This document shows positions 32,115-43,981 of a DNA stretch of 64,000 bases, piece by piece. Every line of letters starts with the position of its first letter. Within the stretch, counting starts at the first letter, position 1. The notes beneath the pieces are model-generated. The model saw only the letters and a program-made list of their open reading frames with translations. It was not told where the DNA came from and did no database searches. Made by a program: the position numbers and the translations under genes. The stretch is from Bdellovibrionales bacterium (GTDB lineage: Bacteria; Bdellovibrionota; Bdellovibrionia; Bdellovibrionales; UBA1609). Where the stretch lies: assembly GCA_965219095.1 (NCBI GenBank), contig OZ244719.1:320001-384000 (forward strand), read 5' to 3'.

Positions 32115-32777
32115 ATGAAAAAAATTCTAATAACTATGGGCTTATTTTTAGGCACTATAATCAGTAATCCAGACAAAACACTTGCAAACTTTATATTCTC
32201 ACCAACTTTACATTCTCACCCTCACCATGGAGCAGTTAGATCAGTGGTGACTCACTATAAAGTCACTATATCTTACTCTCTTGTTGAGCACAATCTTTGG
32301 CTTCAAAACTTATATAGAACATCTTCTGGAAAGGGAAAATATCAAACATTAAAAAATGGAGAGATTCTAGAAGGACATGAAACTCACCTAGAAGGAGAAA
32401 ATTTAAAAGGGGAACCTTATCATCTTCAACTTCAGCCCGAAAAGAATCAGATCACTTATGTAGTAAAAGAACATAACATGAGTCTGACTATACCAGCTAC
32501 TTTTTCTGAAGGTACTTTTACTGTTAAAGGCAAAGATGTTTCATCTGTTTTTTCGAAATTCATGGAATCAACAGATGATGTAAAAAACTTAAGAAATATG
32601 GATAACTATGACGATGGTTTTTTTCTTAAGTGGGGTACAACAAAAGATCAAATTGAGAGTCTATCTGCAAATATGAAAGCAAATCTTTCTGATATGGTTT
32701 GTTCTTTACAAACAAGAATGTGCCAAATAGCTCACATGAGTATAAATACCTCAATTGATTTTTATTGGCCTAAATAA
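32115..32777 (+). CDS. Hypothetical secreted protein, copy 1
   Basis: RBS aaggagg, signal-like N-terminus ending TLA, His-rich segment, C-terminal Cys pair. Confidence 0.8.
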   Translation: MKKILITMGLFLGTIISNPDKTLANFIFSPTLHSHPHHGAVRSVVTHYKVTISYSLVEHNLWLQNLYRTSSGKGKYQTLKNGEILEGHETHLEGENLKGEPYHLQLQPEKNQITYVVKEHNMSLTIPATFSEGTFTVKGKDVSSVFSKFMESTDDVKNLRNMDNYDDGFFLKWGTTKDQIESLSANMKANLSDMVCSLQTRMCQIAHMSINTSIDFYWPK

Positions 32778-33077
32778 GATTGAGAAAAAAGCTTAGTTCT
32801 TTACTTAAATTGTAATTGGTATTACTTTTAAAAGCAGGGCAAACTCAGGAGATTATAAGGAAGCTCAATCCAATAAGATGTGCATTCCAAGTTATAAAAG
32901 AATCAACAAAAGAAAGTTTCAAAAAAAGATTCTGAATCACTTCTAAAAAAATAAGAAAAAAAGATATCACGAGCACACTTTTTAAGGCTGATTTTTTAAG
33001 CTTTCCTCCTTTAATTTGAGAATCAAATCTTAGCCTTAAACTAGCTCCTGCTAATAAAGGAATCATAAGGTTAAAAA

Positions 33078-34768
33078 CCTAAATTCCACGCTAAAAATGA
33101 TCACTACATTGCTCTAACATAAGATAAGTTCCATAAGATGGAAGTTTTCCAGTAAAAATGGGCTTATTGCCCTTTTTTTCTGTGAAAAGCTCTTGCCCTT
33201 CTATTTTTAAGTAGTTACCATAATGGTAACTACTATGAGTTTTATAAAGAAGATTAAAAGAGGAGGCAGCACTTATTTAGCAGAGGTGAAAAATGTCCGG
33301 GTCAAGGGCAAGGTCGTACAGAAGTACTTGAGATATCTTGGAAAGGAGGTGAATCATAAGCGTGTTATCTCTATATCTTCCGAGAACATTCAATTCGATA
33401 AAGTTAAGATCAGTGGTCCCTTGATTGTTCTTCATGCCCTTGCGAAGAAAGTTGGTCTTCCCGAAGTTCTTGGCAATTATTCAGATGAAATACTAAGTAT
33501 GGTCTATGCTCATTGCTTGGATTACAGAAGCGTCAATAATATGCCATCATGGTATGAACGAACAGATTTAAACAGCATTTTAAACTTAGATGGGCTGACT
33601 GAAAGAAGGCTTTTTTCAGCTCTCGATCAGCTTAACGAATCTAAAGCTCCATCTTTGCAGAAACGTATTTTTGAAAATGTTAAAAAAGAATACAAGTTAT
33701 CATCTAATAAAATTGTCTATGATGTTACTAACACTTATTTTTATGGGAGTAAATGTCAACTAGGTAACCCAGGGTACAGCAAAGATGGGAAAAGGAAGAG
33801 TCCTCTGATTCAGATAGGTCTTGCTGTAACTCAAGAAGAAGGGATTCCTGTTTTTCACAAGACCTTTAAGGGTAACATTCACGATAGCAGGACATTGACG
33901 GCACTTGTTAATAGTTTTTCAGAATACAATCTTCGTTCTGGCCTATTGGTGTATGATCGAGGTATAGCATCGTCTAAAAACCTTTCTCACATAGGGGAAT
34001 TGGGTTGGAATACATTGTGCGGAATTCCTATGAGAGAGGTTGAGAAGAAGACAGTACGAAATTTTTTAAAGTCCGGTTCTATAGTAAACGTTTCAAATAG
34101 GGTAATTTTGAACAAGAATACTTTTTACGTTAAAAGCATGAATTATACATTTGGCCAAGTTAAAGGAAAACTGGCAATCTGCTACAACCATAAAAGAAAG
34201 GATGCAATTCGAGAGGCGAGATATGATGAGATAGTTGCTGCTCAAAACTGTCTATCTCAAAACAAGTCCATTAAGGAGGGGCTGAAAAAATATCTAACTC
34301 CCACAGGAAAGATCAGGGATCGGGAGCTGAAAAAAGCAGAAGAATTTGATGGGTACTCCTGTATATTTTCTACAAAGAATATTTCTGGTAAAGATATGGT
34401 CAAACTTTATTTTGATAAAGATGTCGTAGAAAGAGCTTTCAGAATTTTAAAAGGAGTTACAAATTTAAATCCTGTGCGACACTGGCTTTGCAACAGAGTA
34501 GTGGCTCATGTTTTTATTTGTTATTTATCTTATCTTCTGCTTTCCGTATTAAAGTTACATCTCTACAATTTGGATATTTCGCCAATTCAAGCATTAAAAG
34601 AGCTAGAGAACCTGTACAAAGTTTATTTTTCTGATAAAAAGAAAAAAATTCAAATGTCTCGAACAGTTGCTCTAAGCAAAATTCAAGAAAATATCATAAA
34701 GGCTATTGATAAAAAACTTCTCAGAGAAATGAAAACCAGTAGTGATCATTTTTAGCGTGGAATTTGGG
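33078..34768 (+). mobile_element. IS1634-family element with intact 510-aa transposase ORF (33223..34755)
   Basis: About 28-bp IRs cctaaattccacgctaaaaatgatcact; ttaaaaa flanking repeat; paralog of 12768..14306. Confidence 0.93.
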
Positions 34769-35365
34769 TTAAAAAGTGTTAAAACTTGCCCTATAGAGAT
34801 CAAGCTGTTCCTAGGATGGCTTCCTACATAGGAAAAATGAACATTTCCCTGAAGCCATCCAATATAATGATTAGAAATCATAATAGAAACAGCATGCATT
34901 TAAGATAATCGATTCCAAACCTAGATTCCATGTTTTTACAGTTACATAATTTTTTTACGGTGTCTAATTAGGTTCTCAAGCTCTTTGCAGACTTTAGTAT
35001 TGTCAACGCTTTTCTATACTAGGGGGGGTGTCGTCAATTGATTTAATGTGCCTAACCTTGTTTTGTGAGAAAGGGAGAAAGATGTTTCTTTAAAAGCACA
35101 GAGCCCCTTTTTTTTTTAATATGAGCCTATGATTTAAATCACAGGCTCATATTTAACCTCTAAAATTGAAGCTCTCATAATATATCGCATAAAATATAGT
35201 GATCAGGATTTCGTGTAATTACTTGAAATCATTAGGTTTTTAAAAAGAAAAGCTGTGGTCGGGAAAATATATATTATAGTTGCCTTATCCCTAAAAGAGA
35301 TGTAATAGACTCAGAGTACACGATGTAAGAGCAGTGAAAAGTAAAACAAAAATAAAGGAGGCTTT

Positions 35366-36031
35366 ATGAAAAAAATTCTAATAACTATGGGCTTATTTTT
35401 AGGCACTATAATCAGTAATCCAGACAAAACACTTGCAAACTTTATATTCTCACCAACTTCACATTCTCACCCACATTCTCACCATGGAGCGGTTAGATCA
35501 GTGGTGACTTACTATAAAGTCACTATATCTCACTCTCTTGTTGAGCACAATCTTTGGCTTCAAAACTTATATAGAACATCTTCTGGAAAGGAAAAATATC
35601 AAATATTAAAAAATGGAGAGATTCTAGAAGGACATGAAAGTCGCCTAGAAGGAGAAAATTTAAAAGAGGAACCTTATCATCTTCAACTTCAGCCCGAAAA
35701 GAATCAGATCACTTATATAGTAAAAGAACATAACATGAGTCTGACTATACCAGCTACTTTTTCTGAAGATACTTTTACTGTTAAAGGCAAAGATGTTTCA
35801 TCTGTTTTTTCGAAATTCATGGAATCAACATATGTAAAAAACTTAAGAAATATGGATAGCTATGACGATTATTTTTTTCTTAAGTGGGGTACAACAAAAG
35901 ATCAAATTGAGAGTCTATCTGCAAATATGAAAGGAAATCTTTCTGATATGGTTTGTTCTTTACAAACAAGAATGTGCCAAATAGCTCGCATGAGTATAAA
36001 TATCTCAATTGATTTTTATTGGCCTAAGTAA
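35366..36031 (+). CDS. Hypothetical secreted protein, copy 2
   Basis: Close paralog of 32115..32777. Confidence 0.8.
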   Translation: MKKILITMGLFLGTIISNPDKTLANFIFSPTSHSHPHSHHGAVRSVVTYYKVTISHSLVEHNLWLQNLYRTSSGKEKYQILKNGEILEGHESRLEGENLKEEPYHLQLQPEKNQITYIVKEHNMSLTIPATFSEDTFTVKGKDVSSVFSKFMESTYVKNLRNMDSYDDYFFLKWGTTKDQIESLSANMKGNLSDMVCSLQTRMCQIARMSINISIDFYWPK

Positions 36032-36827
36032 GATTAAGAAAAAAGCTTAGTTCTTTACTTAAATTGTAATTGTTCACGCCAATTAGTATAAAATGGCTCG
36101 TGAACTTTTGTAATTGTTCAGAATCATTAAAAAATTAAAAAGGAAATAATAAAATGAACGCCTCCTCAAAAGAATCTATGGGTTCCCGGAGGTTCCTTCA
36201 TTTTTTCCTCTGAACTCACTCTAAACAAACTAAGTGTGTGATAAGTTACTTGTAGTTTTATAAGAGGTTAGCTTTTGTACTTACTTTTGAAAGCCATGAT
36301 TTAATTGATTGTATTATTTCATGGCGACATCCTTTCTGGTGTTTTCTCATTTCCCTACTATATTACAAAGGCAGTAGTGCGAGCATTATTAATCCCATAG
36401 GCTTTAAACCAAGAGTCTTTGAAACTCATGATAAATAATTACGATGAAATTTTTGCCTTAAGAAATTCATAAATCTTAGTGTGTGAGAATGTGATTTTTA
36501 GATTGCAAGAATGTGGATTGTTGTATTGAGTCCGCCTCTTGAAATGTCGGCTATGACTTCTATCATTTGTCATAGATTTTTGAACAAGGCCTTTCAAAGC
36601 TATATGAGGCTTTCTTTAGTTGCTTTCCATAGCTTTCCTTTTTTCCCATTAAATTTAAGCCATTTGCACAAGTATCAGGACTTTTGACCTATATTTTTAG
36701 AATTTTAAACCTAAAAGCCTCAATAAGAAGGGCTTTTAGGTTTAAAGTTAAAAAGAGATGTTTGATCCTTTGAGCCAAATTTTCTTTGAGACACAAAAAA
36801 GGAGTGAACTGCAGCCTAAAAAAAAAT

Positions 36828-37930
36828 GCCTCCTCAAAAGAATCTGTGGGTTCCCGGAGGTTCTGGCAGTTTTCCAAGGTTATGATATAAGGCGATTTTT
36901 ATAGCTTTAGAGGTTCTAAAGCCGTAAGATTTTCTCATAGTGAGTTTTACTTTGTTGTTTAAACCCTCTACAATCCCTGAGGAGAAGGTTTTTTTAGCCT
37001 TGAAGTAATTAAGAATAAGTAGCTTATGTCTTCGTATGGTTTTTGCTTTTCTTTTCATAGGTTCAATTTTTGAAAGCATGACTCGTCTCGTCCAACTGTC
37101 TATAAATTTACCAGCCCAAGTTGGTGAAACATAGGTCCATAACTGTCGGAAGTCTTCTTTTAAAAGATAACAGCGGATACTTTTTAAATTGTACTGTATT
37201 AAATGCCTTAATTTTACTTTTTCATAAGATTTTAAATTTTCTGCATTTTTTAACAAGGGCCATCTAGCTTTTGTTAAAAGGGGTTCATACCCATCTTCTT
37301 TATCTCTTTTGACTTCTCTCTTAGTAAATCAAAGAATTTTCTAAAACTCTTTTCTGTTCTTTTTTCTCCTATCCACAACAAGCGTACACGGGTTTTGCTT
37401 ATTTCATAGACTAAGGTGAGATACTGATGGTTCTTTTTCCATTGTATTTCATCTACACCTATAGCTTGTATTCCCTTTAAAACCCTTTGTTTTAAACCAT
37501 ATTCTACGACCCATTCTACCGAAGCATAGACCTGATTCCAACTGACATGAAACTTACAAGAAACCTCTTTCCAAGACAGGTGACGACACCAGTCTGCTAA
37601 ATACTTCATGTAAAAGATCGTTAAACTCTTCTTACCATCGGCCCAAGGTAAATGTTCAACTTTTACCCCACAGCAAGGACAATTAACTCTTCTTACAAAA
37701 TAAACAAAAAACACCCTGTAACTTAAAATAGGAAGGGATTCAAAGTCCCGTGATGATTTACTGCTGTCATACACTGAACAGGGCTTCTTACAAACACTAC
37801 AAAAAGCTTGGCCATTTTTACGAGCCTTAATAGGAACATTAATTGACTTTCTATCTTTTGAAAAATAAATGTCTCCGTATACAAAAGACTTCCATCTTAA
37901 ACAATCATTTAGTATAGTCTTCAAAAGCAT
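36828..37930 (-). pseudogene. ISL3-family transposase, split (37274..37930 and 36834..37256)
   Basis: CxxC zinc fingers, IGVDE, EGLNNKVK...RKSYGFR; right IR gcctcctcaaaagaatctgtggg. Confidence 0.92.
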
Positions 37931-38126
37931 CTCTTCCCTCCTTTTTTTTTTTTTTGAATAACATTTTAAGGCATCTGGGAAGTAGGTGCTTCTTTTTTAA
38001 AATTTTAATGTAATACAGCAAATAAAAGAATGTTTTTGAGTTCAATCACCGGAGGTGATAGAGGCCAGTAAGGCCTCAAAGAACTCAAAAATACAAGATA
38101 GAATGTCTTACTCTTGCTTTGATTAA

Positions 38127-39534
38127 TACCAATTACAGAAATTAATTCGACATTTTTATGTTCAAATTTAAAATTTTAAAATTGACTTAAGGAAAAGTTT
38201 CAATTAGGAGGCTTTAAAAAAGTTTTTTTTGAAGGGAGGTTGAGTTTTCATAAGATATGTTTATTTTATGTATATCTATTGTTGTGTGAATCGATTGATG
38301 GGTTAAAATAAGTGTAAAAAAGTGAGGTTAAGATGTAAAATGAAAAAAATCAGTTACGCAATTTAATTTATAGGTTCAAATTAATTTACAAGCTTGATTC
38401 ATCTTGTTGTTTTGCCCAAGATCGAGTGCATAATTTTTTAATCCTGCCCTCCTGATCGCAAAAAGTATTCCAGGCCTCACAACAAGTATTCAGTATATGG
38501 TCATAGTTTTTAAAACATGCATTCGATAATTTGATCCTTCGTAATTGTTGCCAGACTTGTTCCATGGGATTTAATTCTGGACTATAAGGAGGTAAAGGCA
38601 TCAGGGATAAATTCTTAGGAACTATCAAAGTCTCTGTGGTATGCCAACTGGCTCTGTCCATTAAAACAATTCCATGATAGTTTTCTTGAATATTTTTAGA
38701 TATCTCATCTAAGTGAATTTGCATCATCCCTGAATTACATTCCGGTAAAATCCAAGCACAGCCTTTATCTTTATCCGGACAAACTGCTCCAAAAATATAA
38801 GTGGATAAAAATTGTCTTTGTCTCACAACTCTAGGTCGTGTGCCTTTTCTTGCCCAAATCCTGCTTAAAGAACCTTGCTGGCCTATTCTGCATTCATCCT
38901 GCCACCAAATCTCTATTTTATGAGTCTGAATCTTTTCCTTTATTTTCTCCACCTCTTCTGGAAAATGTTCCTTAAACTGTTCCATAGCTTCTTGTGAAGT
39001 TTTAGGATGAAGAGAACGACCACTGATCCATACAATATTAAGACGGTCTAAAAGAGCATAAACCCCAGAAAGAGAATAGCAACAGTCAAATTCATCTGCT
39101 AAAAGTTCCTGTATTCCCTTTGCTCCTATGCTTCCTCCTTCTCTTGTGTCTTGAATTTCATCTAACTTGATTTTGAAGTTCTCTTCTTCTGTCACTGGCA
39201 AACGGGGTTTACGTCCTCTGCCTTTTCGATCTATCAATCCCTCGTAATCAAAGTCTACAAAAGACTGTAACCAGGATTTGATACTGTGACGGTGATACAA
39301 AACCATACCTGCTGTTTCTTGAATCGATTTTCCTTTTTGCATATGGTGCAAAGCTTGAAGTTTTATCTTGATGTTGGCACTTCTTTCCACTTTGTAAGTA
39401 GCTAGAAAATCATACCCTTGAATCTGTGTAACTAAATCTTTTTTCGACATGACTCTAAAAATGTAGCAGAGTTTGATTAAAAAGCCAGGACGCTATGCGT
39501 TAAAAGAATGTCGAATTAATTTTTGGAAATGGTA
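38127..39534 (-). mobile_element. IS630-family element (type a), full length; transposase 38386..39450
   Basis: QDECRIG, MDRASWH, PPYSPELNPME; about 30-bp IRs. Confidence 0.95.
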
Positions 39535-39595
39535 TAATATGAGCCTTTTTGGGGGATTTCTACTACTTTTCACCCACAGATTCCCGGGAGGAGCC

Positions 39596-40312
39596 ACTTT
39601 TTGTATTGTTTGCAAAAATGCTATGTGTGGAAAGTCAGCTCATGGGAAAAGAAAAAAGTATGGATACTACGAACACTCTTGGGCTACTAAAAAGGGTTCA
39701 ACTTTTGTGGCCAAGAGCTTTAAGTGTGAACCTCATAGAGTGCCTGCTACTAAGATAGAGGAAGCAGTGATTGATGATGCAAAAAGACTATTAGAGAACC
39801 CAGAGTTAGCTCAAACTATTGTTGATAAAGCAAAACAAATCCACTCTCAAAATGGAAAGCATCAAAAAATCAGAAATCTTCAGTCTAAAATGGCAGGCTA
39901 CAATAGCAATCTAGAAGCTCTCACTCAGAGGCTAGGAGAGCTTCCTAAAAATGTTCCAGCAACCCTGATCTATAAACAAATGGAAAAGCTTGAGGTGGCA
40001 AAAAAGAAAGCAAAGGAAGCTCTTATAGAATTAAAGGACACTAGAGGGTTTTCAGGAGATTTGCCTGTGGATTTTACTCATTATCAAAAATTCTTAAAAC
40101 TTGTAAAAGATGCTTTCAAAGAATCAGCAAAATCTGAAGAAAAAGCTAAGATTATCAAGAGGTTGGTTTACAAGGTCGAGGTGGGGTTAGATAGCATCAA
40201 GATTCACTACTACGCTGGCCAAGGGTTTTTAGGGGCTCTTGAAGAGTCCTTTAAAAATCTTGAAAAAAAGTGTTCGCATAGCTTGACTTCTGGTGCCCAA
40301 GGCCAGACTTGA
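39596..40312 (+). pseudogene. Large serine recombinase C-terminal half (zinc ribbon plus coiled coil), N-terminus lost
   Basis: FCIVC..AMCG......YGYY, coiled coil, I..LV.KVEV....IKIHY; ends inside the tRNA 3' end; ISL3 and IS630 ends upstream. Confidence 0.75.
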
Positions 40313-40380
40313 ACTGGCACGATTCGTAAGAATCCCAGGATTTTAAGTCCTGTGCGTCTACCAAATTCCGCCACTCGGGC
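40291..40380 (-). tRNA. tRNA-Leu (TAA)
   Basis: Reverse complement gcccgagtggcggaatttggtagacgcacaggacTTAAaatcctg...gttcaagtc...ttgggcaCCA, long variable arm. Confidence 0.96.
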
Positions 40381-40432
40381 CACATACAGATCTTAAGTTT
40401 AGCCCAGAATAAATACAATGAAAAGTCTCAAA

Positions 40433-41614
40433 TTATCGGAAAGCTGGAAAGCCTGTTATATCCTGGCCTACAACCAAACGATGTATGTCTTCTGTTCCTT
40501 CATAAGTGTTTACTGTTTCAAGATTGAGCATATGACGAATAACAGGGTACTCATCAATAATACCATTAGCTCCTAACATATCCCGAGCATTCCGAGCTAT
40601 ACCCAAAGCCATACGACAGTTATTCATTTTAACTAAAGAGACTTGCGAAGGTTTCATGTCTTTTTTTTCCTTAAGTCTCCCTAATTGAAGAACTAAAAAT
40701 TGAGCTTTTGTGAGTTCTTGAACCATTTCCACAAGCTTCGCTTGGGCTAACTGATAACTTGCTAAGGGTTTTTGATCAAAAATAGTTCTTTTAAGTGCAT
40801 AGTTAAGGGCTTCATGGTAACAAGCATTCGCCGCCCCTATGACCCCCCAAGTGATTCCATATCGTGCTTGAGTTAAACAGGATAGAGGTGCTTTTAAACC
40901 TTGAGCTTTAGGTAAAAGGCTATTTTCCGGAACAATACAATCTTCCATATGAAGTTCTGATGTCACGCTCACTCGTAAGGAAAATTTTCCTTTCATTAAA
41001 GATGTGGAAAAACCTTGAGTGTCCGTAGTAACAATAAAACCTCTTATTTCGCCATCAAGTTTTGCCCACACAATAGCAATATCGGACAAACAGCCGTTTG
41101 TAATCCACATTTTATTGCCATTGAGTTTATAACCTTGAGAAACTTTCTCAGCACAAGTAAGTAAAGCTCCTGGATTTGAACCTGCATCAGGTTCTGTTAA
41201 CCCAAAGCAACCGATCACTTCACCTTTAGTTAAAAGAGGAAGATATTTCTCCTTCTGCTGTTCTGAACCAAAAGTATAAATACAATACATCACTAAAGCT
41301 CCTTGTACAGAGCAAAATGAACGTACACCCGAATCCCCTCTTTCCAACTCTTGCATCACAAGCCCATAAGCCACATCACCTAGACCAGGACAATCATAAC
41401 CTTTCAAATTAGATCCTAATAAACCCAACCTAGCAAAACGAGGAATCAAACTTTCAGGAAATTTTTCTTCCCTATGACAGCTTTTAAGAAGAGGTAAAAG
41501 CTCAGAACTTACAAAATCTCTTACAGTTTGTCGAATCATCTTCTCTTCTTCTGTAAGAAGTGTATCAAAAGCTAAATAATCAAGAGACTCATAAGGCACA
41601 AGTCTATTGTACAA
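40433..41614 (-). CDS. gcdH: Glutaryl-CoA dehydrogenase-type acyl-CoA dehydrogenase
   Basis: ELERGDSG.RS..SVQ, FGLTEPDAGSNP, NLE.V.TYEGT. Confidence 0.85.
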   Translation of the reverse strand: MYNRLVPYESLDYLAFDTLLTEEEKMIRQTVRDFVSSELLPLLKSCHREEKFPESLIPRFARLGLLGSNLKGYDCPGLGDVAYGLVMQELERGDSGVRSFCSVQGALVMYCIYTFGSEQQKEKYLPLLTKGEVIGCFGLTEPDAGSNPGALLTCAEKVSQGYKLNGNKMWITNGCLSDIAIVWAKLDGEIRGFIVTTDTQGFSTSLMKGKFSLRVSVTSELHMEDCIVPENSLLPKAQGLKAPLSCLTQARYGITWGVIGAANACYHEALNYALKRTIFDQKPLASYQLAQAKLVEMVQELTKAQFLVLQLGRLKEKKDMKPSQVSLVKMNNCRMALGIARNARDMLGANGIIDEYPVIRHMLNLETVNTYEGTEDIHRLVVGQDITGFPAFR

Positions 41615-41664
41615 GATAAAAAAGTTCCTTGTCCACCCCCCCCTAGGGTCTCAATAAAAATACC

Positions 41665-42003
41665 TTATTGAACAAAGCGACCGGCTTTATGCCATATGAT
41701 TTCAGCCTGTCTTTCTTCTTCAGAAGTGGCTTCTTGTTGCATGGAGTGTAAATTCGCAAGGATATTTTTTTGAGCTTTGTTCACAGCCTTATATAAATCT
41801 TTTGATATTCCCTCTGAAGAAAGGCTTGCTCCAGAACCTGTCAGATGAAAGTTCACAACATAGGATCTACCTACTTTTTTAATATCGACTAAAGCATTGG
41901 AATCTGAAAGAAAGAAATAAGAGAATTCATTGAGCATTTGATAAATATAAGCTCGCTCTTCTGGACCAAGTTGTCTTTTAAGCTGGCTTCTAATCGGACT
42001 CAT
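41665..42003 (-). CDS. Hypothetical protein, weak HPF/RaiA-like similarity
   Basis: DLYKAV..A...I...L segment resembles the HPF C-terminal helix. Confidence 0.5.
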   Translation of the reverse strand: MSPIRSQLKRQLGPEERAYIYQMLNEFSYFFLSDSNALVDIKKVGRSYVVNFHLTGSGASLSSEGISKDLYKAVNKAQKNILANLHSMQQEATSEEERQAEIIWHKAGRFVQ

Positions 42004-42209
42004 TTTACTTCTCCTTACTTTAATTTTAATATGGATCGGAAAAAAAGTCTGTCAATATCTCAAAATGAGACATATTTTTATCAAACCTACTAAAGTAAAG
42101 AGACATTTTTTGGCACTGTCTAATTTTTAGACATTATAAAATTTTTATAAAAAAAAGGGAATTCCCTATAAACTTCTTAAATTTCAGTAAGTTACAAAAT
42201 CTTTGATTT

Positions 42210-42226
42210 TTGGCATGCTTTTAGCA
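42210..42226 (+). promoter_or_regulatory. sigma54 -24/-12 promoter candidate
   Basis: tTGGCATgctttTAGCa with GG-N10-GC spacing; upstream palindromes at 42058-42070 and 42117-42133. Confidence 0.65.
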
Positions 42227-42250
42227 TAAAGAAAAGTAAGGAAGGGATTT

Positions 42251-43072
42251 ATGAAAAAGATAGAACAAAAAATTTTATGGGCTTTTCTAGCTATATGTTT
42301 TTCTTTACTTTCTACAGGATGTTCAGATAAGAAAAGTCAAAACACCTCAACAGATGATACAGTAATAAAGACTGACACACCTTCTGATCCTCATTGGGAT
42401 GATTACAATGAAGGAAGTGTGGTCAACTTTAAAATCTATAGTATAAAGAGATTCAATTCCTATGCCAATGAAAGCTATAATTCCCCTAAAAATGTACAAA
42501 TTAATGTAAACTTAGAAAAAGTCAGTGAAGATGGGAAAACTTATAAAGGAAGCTTGAGGTTTGGTTTTGAAGACCATGGACTTCAAAGAAATGGTTATTT
42601 AGGAGGTATTGAGTTCTTTGAACATGAATTTGAAACAGGTGGCATAGGCATGTGGAATGGAAGATCTGAATCAACTTCTGCTCGCTATAACTACTGGTAC
42701 ACCGACAAAAAACTAGAAAAAAAGGTGTTTAAAGCTTTCTTTCAGGACGAAGAAGGGCCTATCATCCTTATAATAGATAAAATTAAATCTGTTGGCGATG
42801 GACAAGAACCTAAAGTAGGTTCAGGATCTCTCTGGTTCAAAAGATTTCCTGCTGCACAGGCAAGCCAATCTCCTACAGTTTGTTGGCTGATCTCTAAAGG
42901 GCCTTTTGATTGTCGTCCTTGGAAGAGCGGAAAAAAGCTTGACGTAGAACGCTCCATCACACCTGATAATGGCTATAAAAAATTAGGAACTTTTGAAAAT
43001 CTAGATCTTCATAAGGCTTTTGATGGAGAAGATGATTATGAAGATTATGAAGATGAAGATTATGATGCCTAA
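42251..43072 (+). CDS. Hypothetical lipoprotein with acidic C-terminal tail
   Basis: Lipobox STGC; CW.IS.GPFDCR disulfide-like motif. Confidence 0.8.
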   Translation: MKKIEQKILWAFLAICFSLLSTGCSDKKSQNTSTDDTVIKTDTPSDPHWDDYNEGSVVNFKIYSIKRFNSYANESYNSPKNVQINVNLEKVSEDGKTYKGSLRFGFEDHGLQRNGYLGGIEFFEHEFETGGIGMWNGRSESTSARYNYWYTDKKLEKKVFKAFFQDEEGPIILIIDKIKSVGDGQEPKVGSGSLWFKRFPAAQASQSPTVCWLISKGPFDCRPWKSGKKLDVERSITPDNGYKKLGTFENLDLHKAFDGEDDYEDYEDEDYDA

Positions 43073-43107
43073 AACAAAAAAACCTATGACAAAAGAAGGA
43101 AAAAGAT

Positions 43108-43728
43108 ATGAAAAAAAATATAAAATATAACAAAATGATTTTAAGTTTGGCAACTCTTGGGTTTTTACTCATAAGCTGTAACAAAGACAACAACTATCTC
43201 GATCCCTACTACAATGATTCTTATTACGATGATCCCTACTACAATGATTCTTATTACGATAACCCTTATCGTAACCGTAATAACATTAACAACAGATCAT
43301 ATTCTCATAACAGAAGAAATTCTTTACTCAACAGAAATCAAAATGGTCTTTTTGTAGAGGGAGAAGCCTTGAATCAGAATATGGCACTTCGTCTTCAAGC
43401 TTATGTGAGAGGAGAGCACGTGGAGGCTCAAGGAAAATTAAGATTGGAGCATTCCAGTTGTGGATTAGAAAGAGGAATTTACACTTTGAGTACTATCGCT
43501 CCCGGATACATAAACTCAATAGGTTCTGGAAAAAATATTGTATTAGGAACAAATCAATCTCATAATGGACATCACAATAGAATAACAATTGTACTTAAAA
43601 CTCTCCAAGGCAATCTAGTGACAGGTTATGGATTTTACACACACATGACTATTAATGGTTGTTCTTACTTACTTACATCAGATGTAACTGTTCAGAAAAA
43701 TTCTAGTAAATTGTTGAAATTTCACTAA
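43108..43728 (+). CDS. Hypothetical lipoprotein with Tyr/Asp/Asn-rich repeat
   Basis: Lipobox LISC; exact 30-bp duplication 43201-43260 (DPYYNDSYYD twice). Confidence 0.78.
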   Translation: MKKNIKYNKMILSLATLGFLLISCNKDNNYLDPYYNDSYYDDPYYNDSYYDNPYRNRNNINNRSYSHNRRNSLLNRNQNGLFVEGEALNQNMALRLQAYVRGEHVEAQGKLRLEHSSCGLERGIYTLSTIAPGYINSIGSGKNIVLGTNQSHNGHHNRITIVLKTLQGNLVTGYGFYTHMTINGCSYLLTSDVTVQKNSSKLLKFH

Positions 43729-43743
43729 AAGCTCCTATGCCTA

Positions 43744-43971
43744 TAGTGTTATATGATGTTTTTCGTTTAGATTTTCAGATTTTTTGAGTTAGGGTCTAGT
43801 TTTTATTCAAAAGTATTGATAAATCGTCATTTGTTTTAAAAAATAGTTTTATATGATAATTCTTCCTTTAGATTCTAAAAACTTAAACGGAAAGGACTAT
43901 ATAGTGCTTCCGTTTAAGTTTTCAGTTTTTTTCTCTAGAGAATCGACCGGAAAATCTAAGCGTATTCACTA
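43744..43971. mobile_element. Two stacked IS630 type b-related MITEs (43744-43899 and 43902-43971)
   Basis: First retains both ends of 16312-17449 without the ORF; second is the 70-bp MITE. Confidence 0.75.
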
Positions 43972-43981
43972 TATAGTGAAT

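Larger units (their letters stand above)
31275..36070. repeat. Tandem segmental duplication of about 1.5 kb (about 31275-32812 and 32850-36070; second copy split by IS1634)
   Basis: Colinear near-identical sequence covering the membrane-gene fragment, intergenic region and secreted gene. Confidence 0.92.

Noticed and set aside
36200..36690. ORF-free stretch as a possible ncRNA
   Set aside because: No convincing structure; looks like decayed coding sequence beside an ISL3 end, and I cannot assign a family
39473..39595. Shared N-terminus MIKKPGRYALKECRINFWKWY on two recombinase ORFs (also 55898-55959)
   Set aside because: Outward-reading frame of the IS630a left end, not a shared recombinase domain
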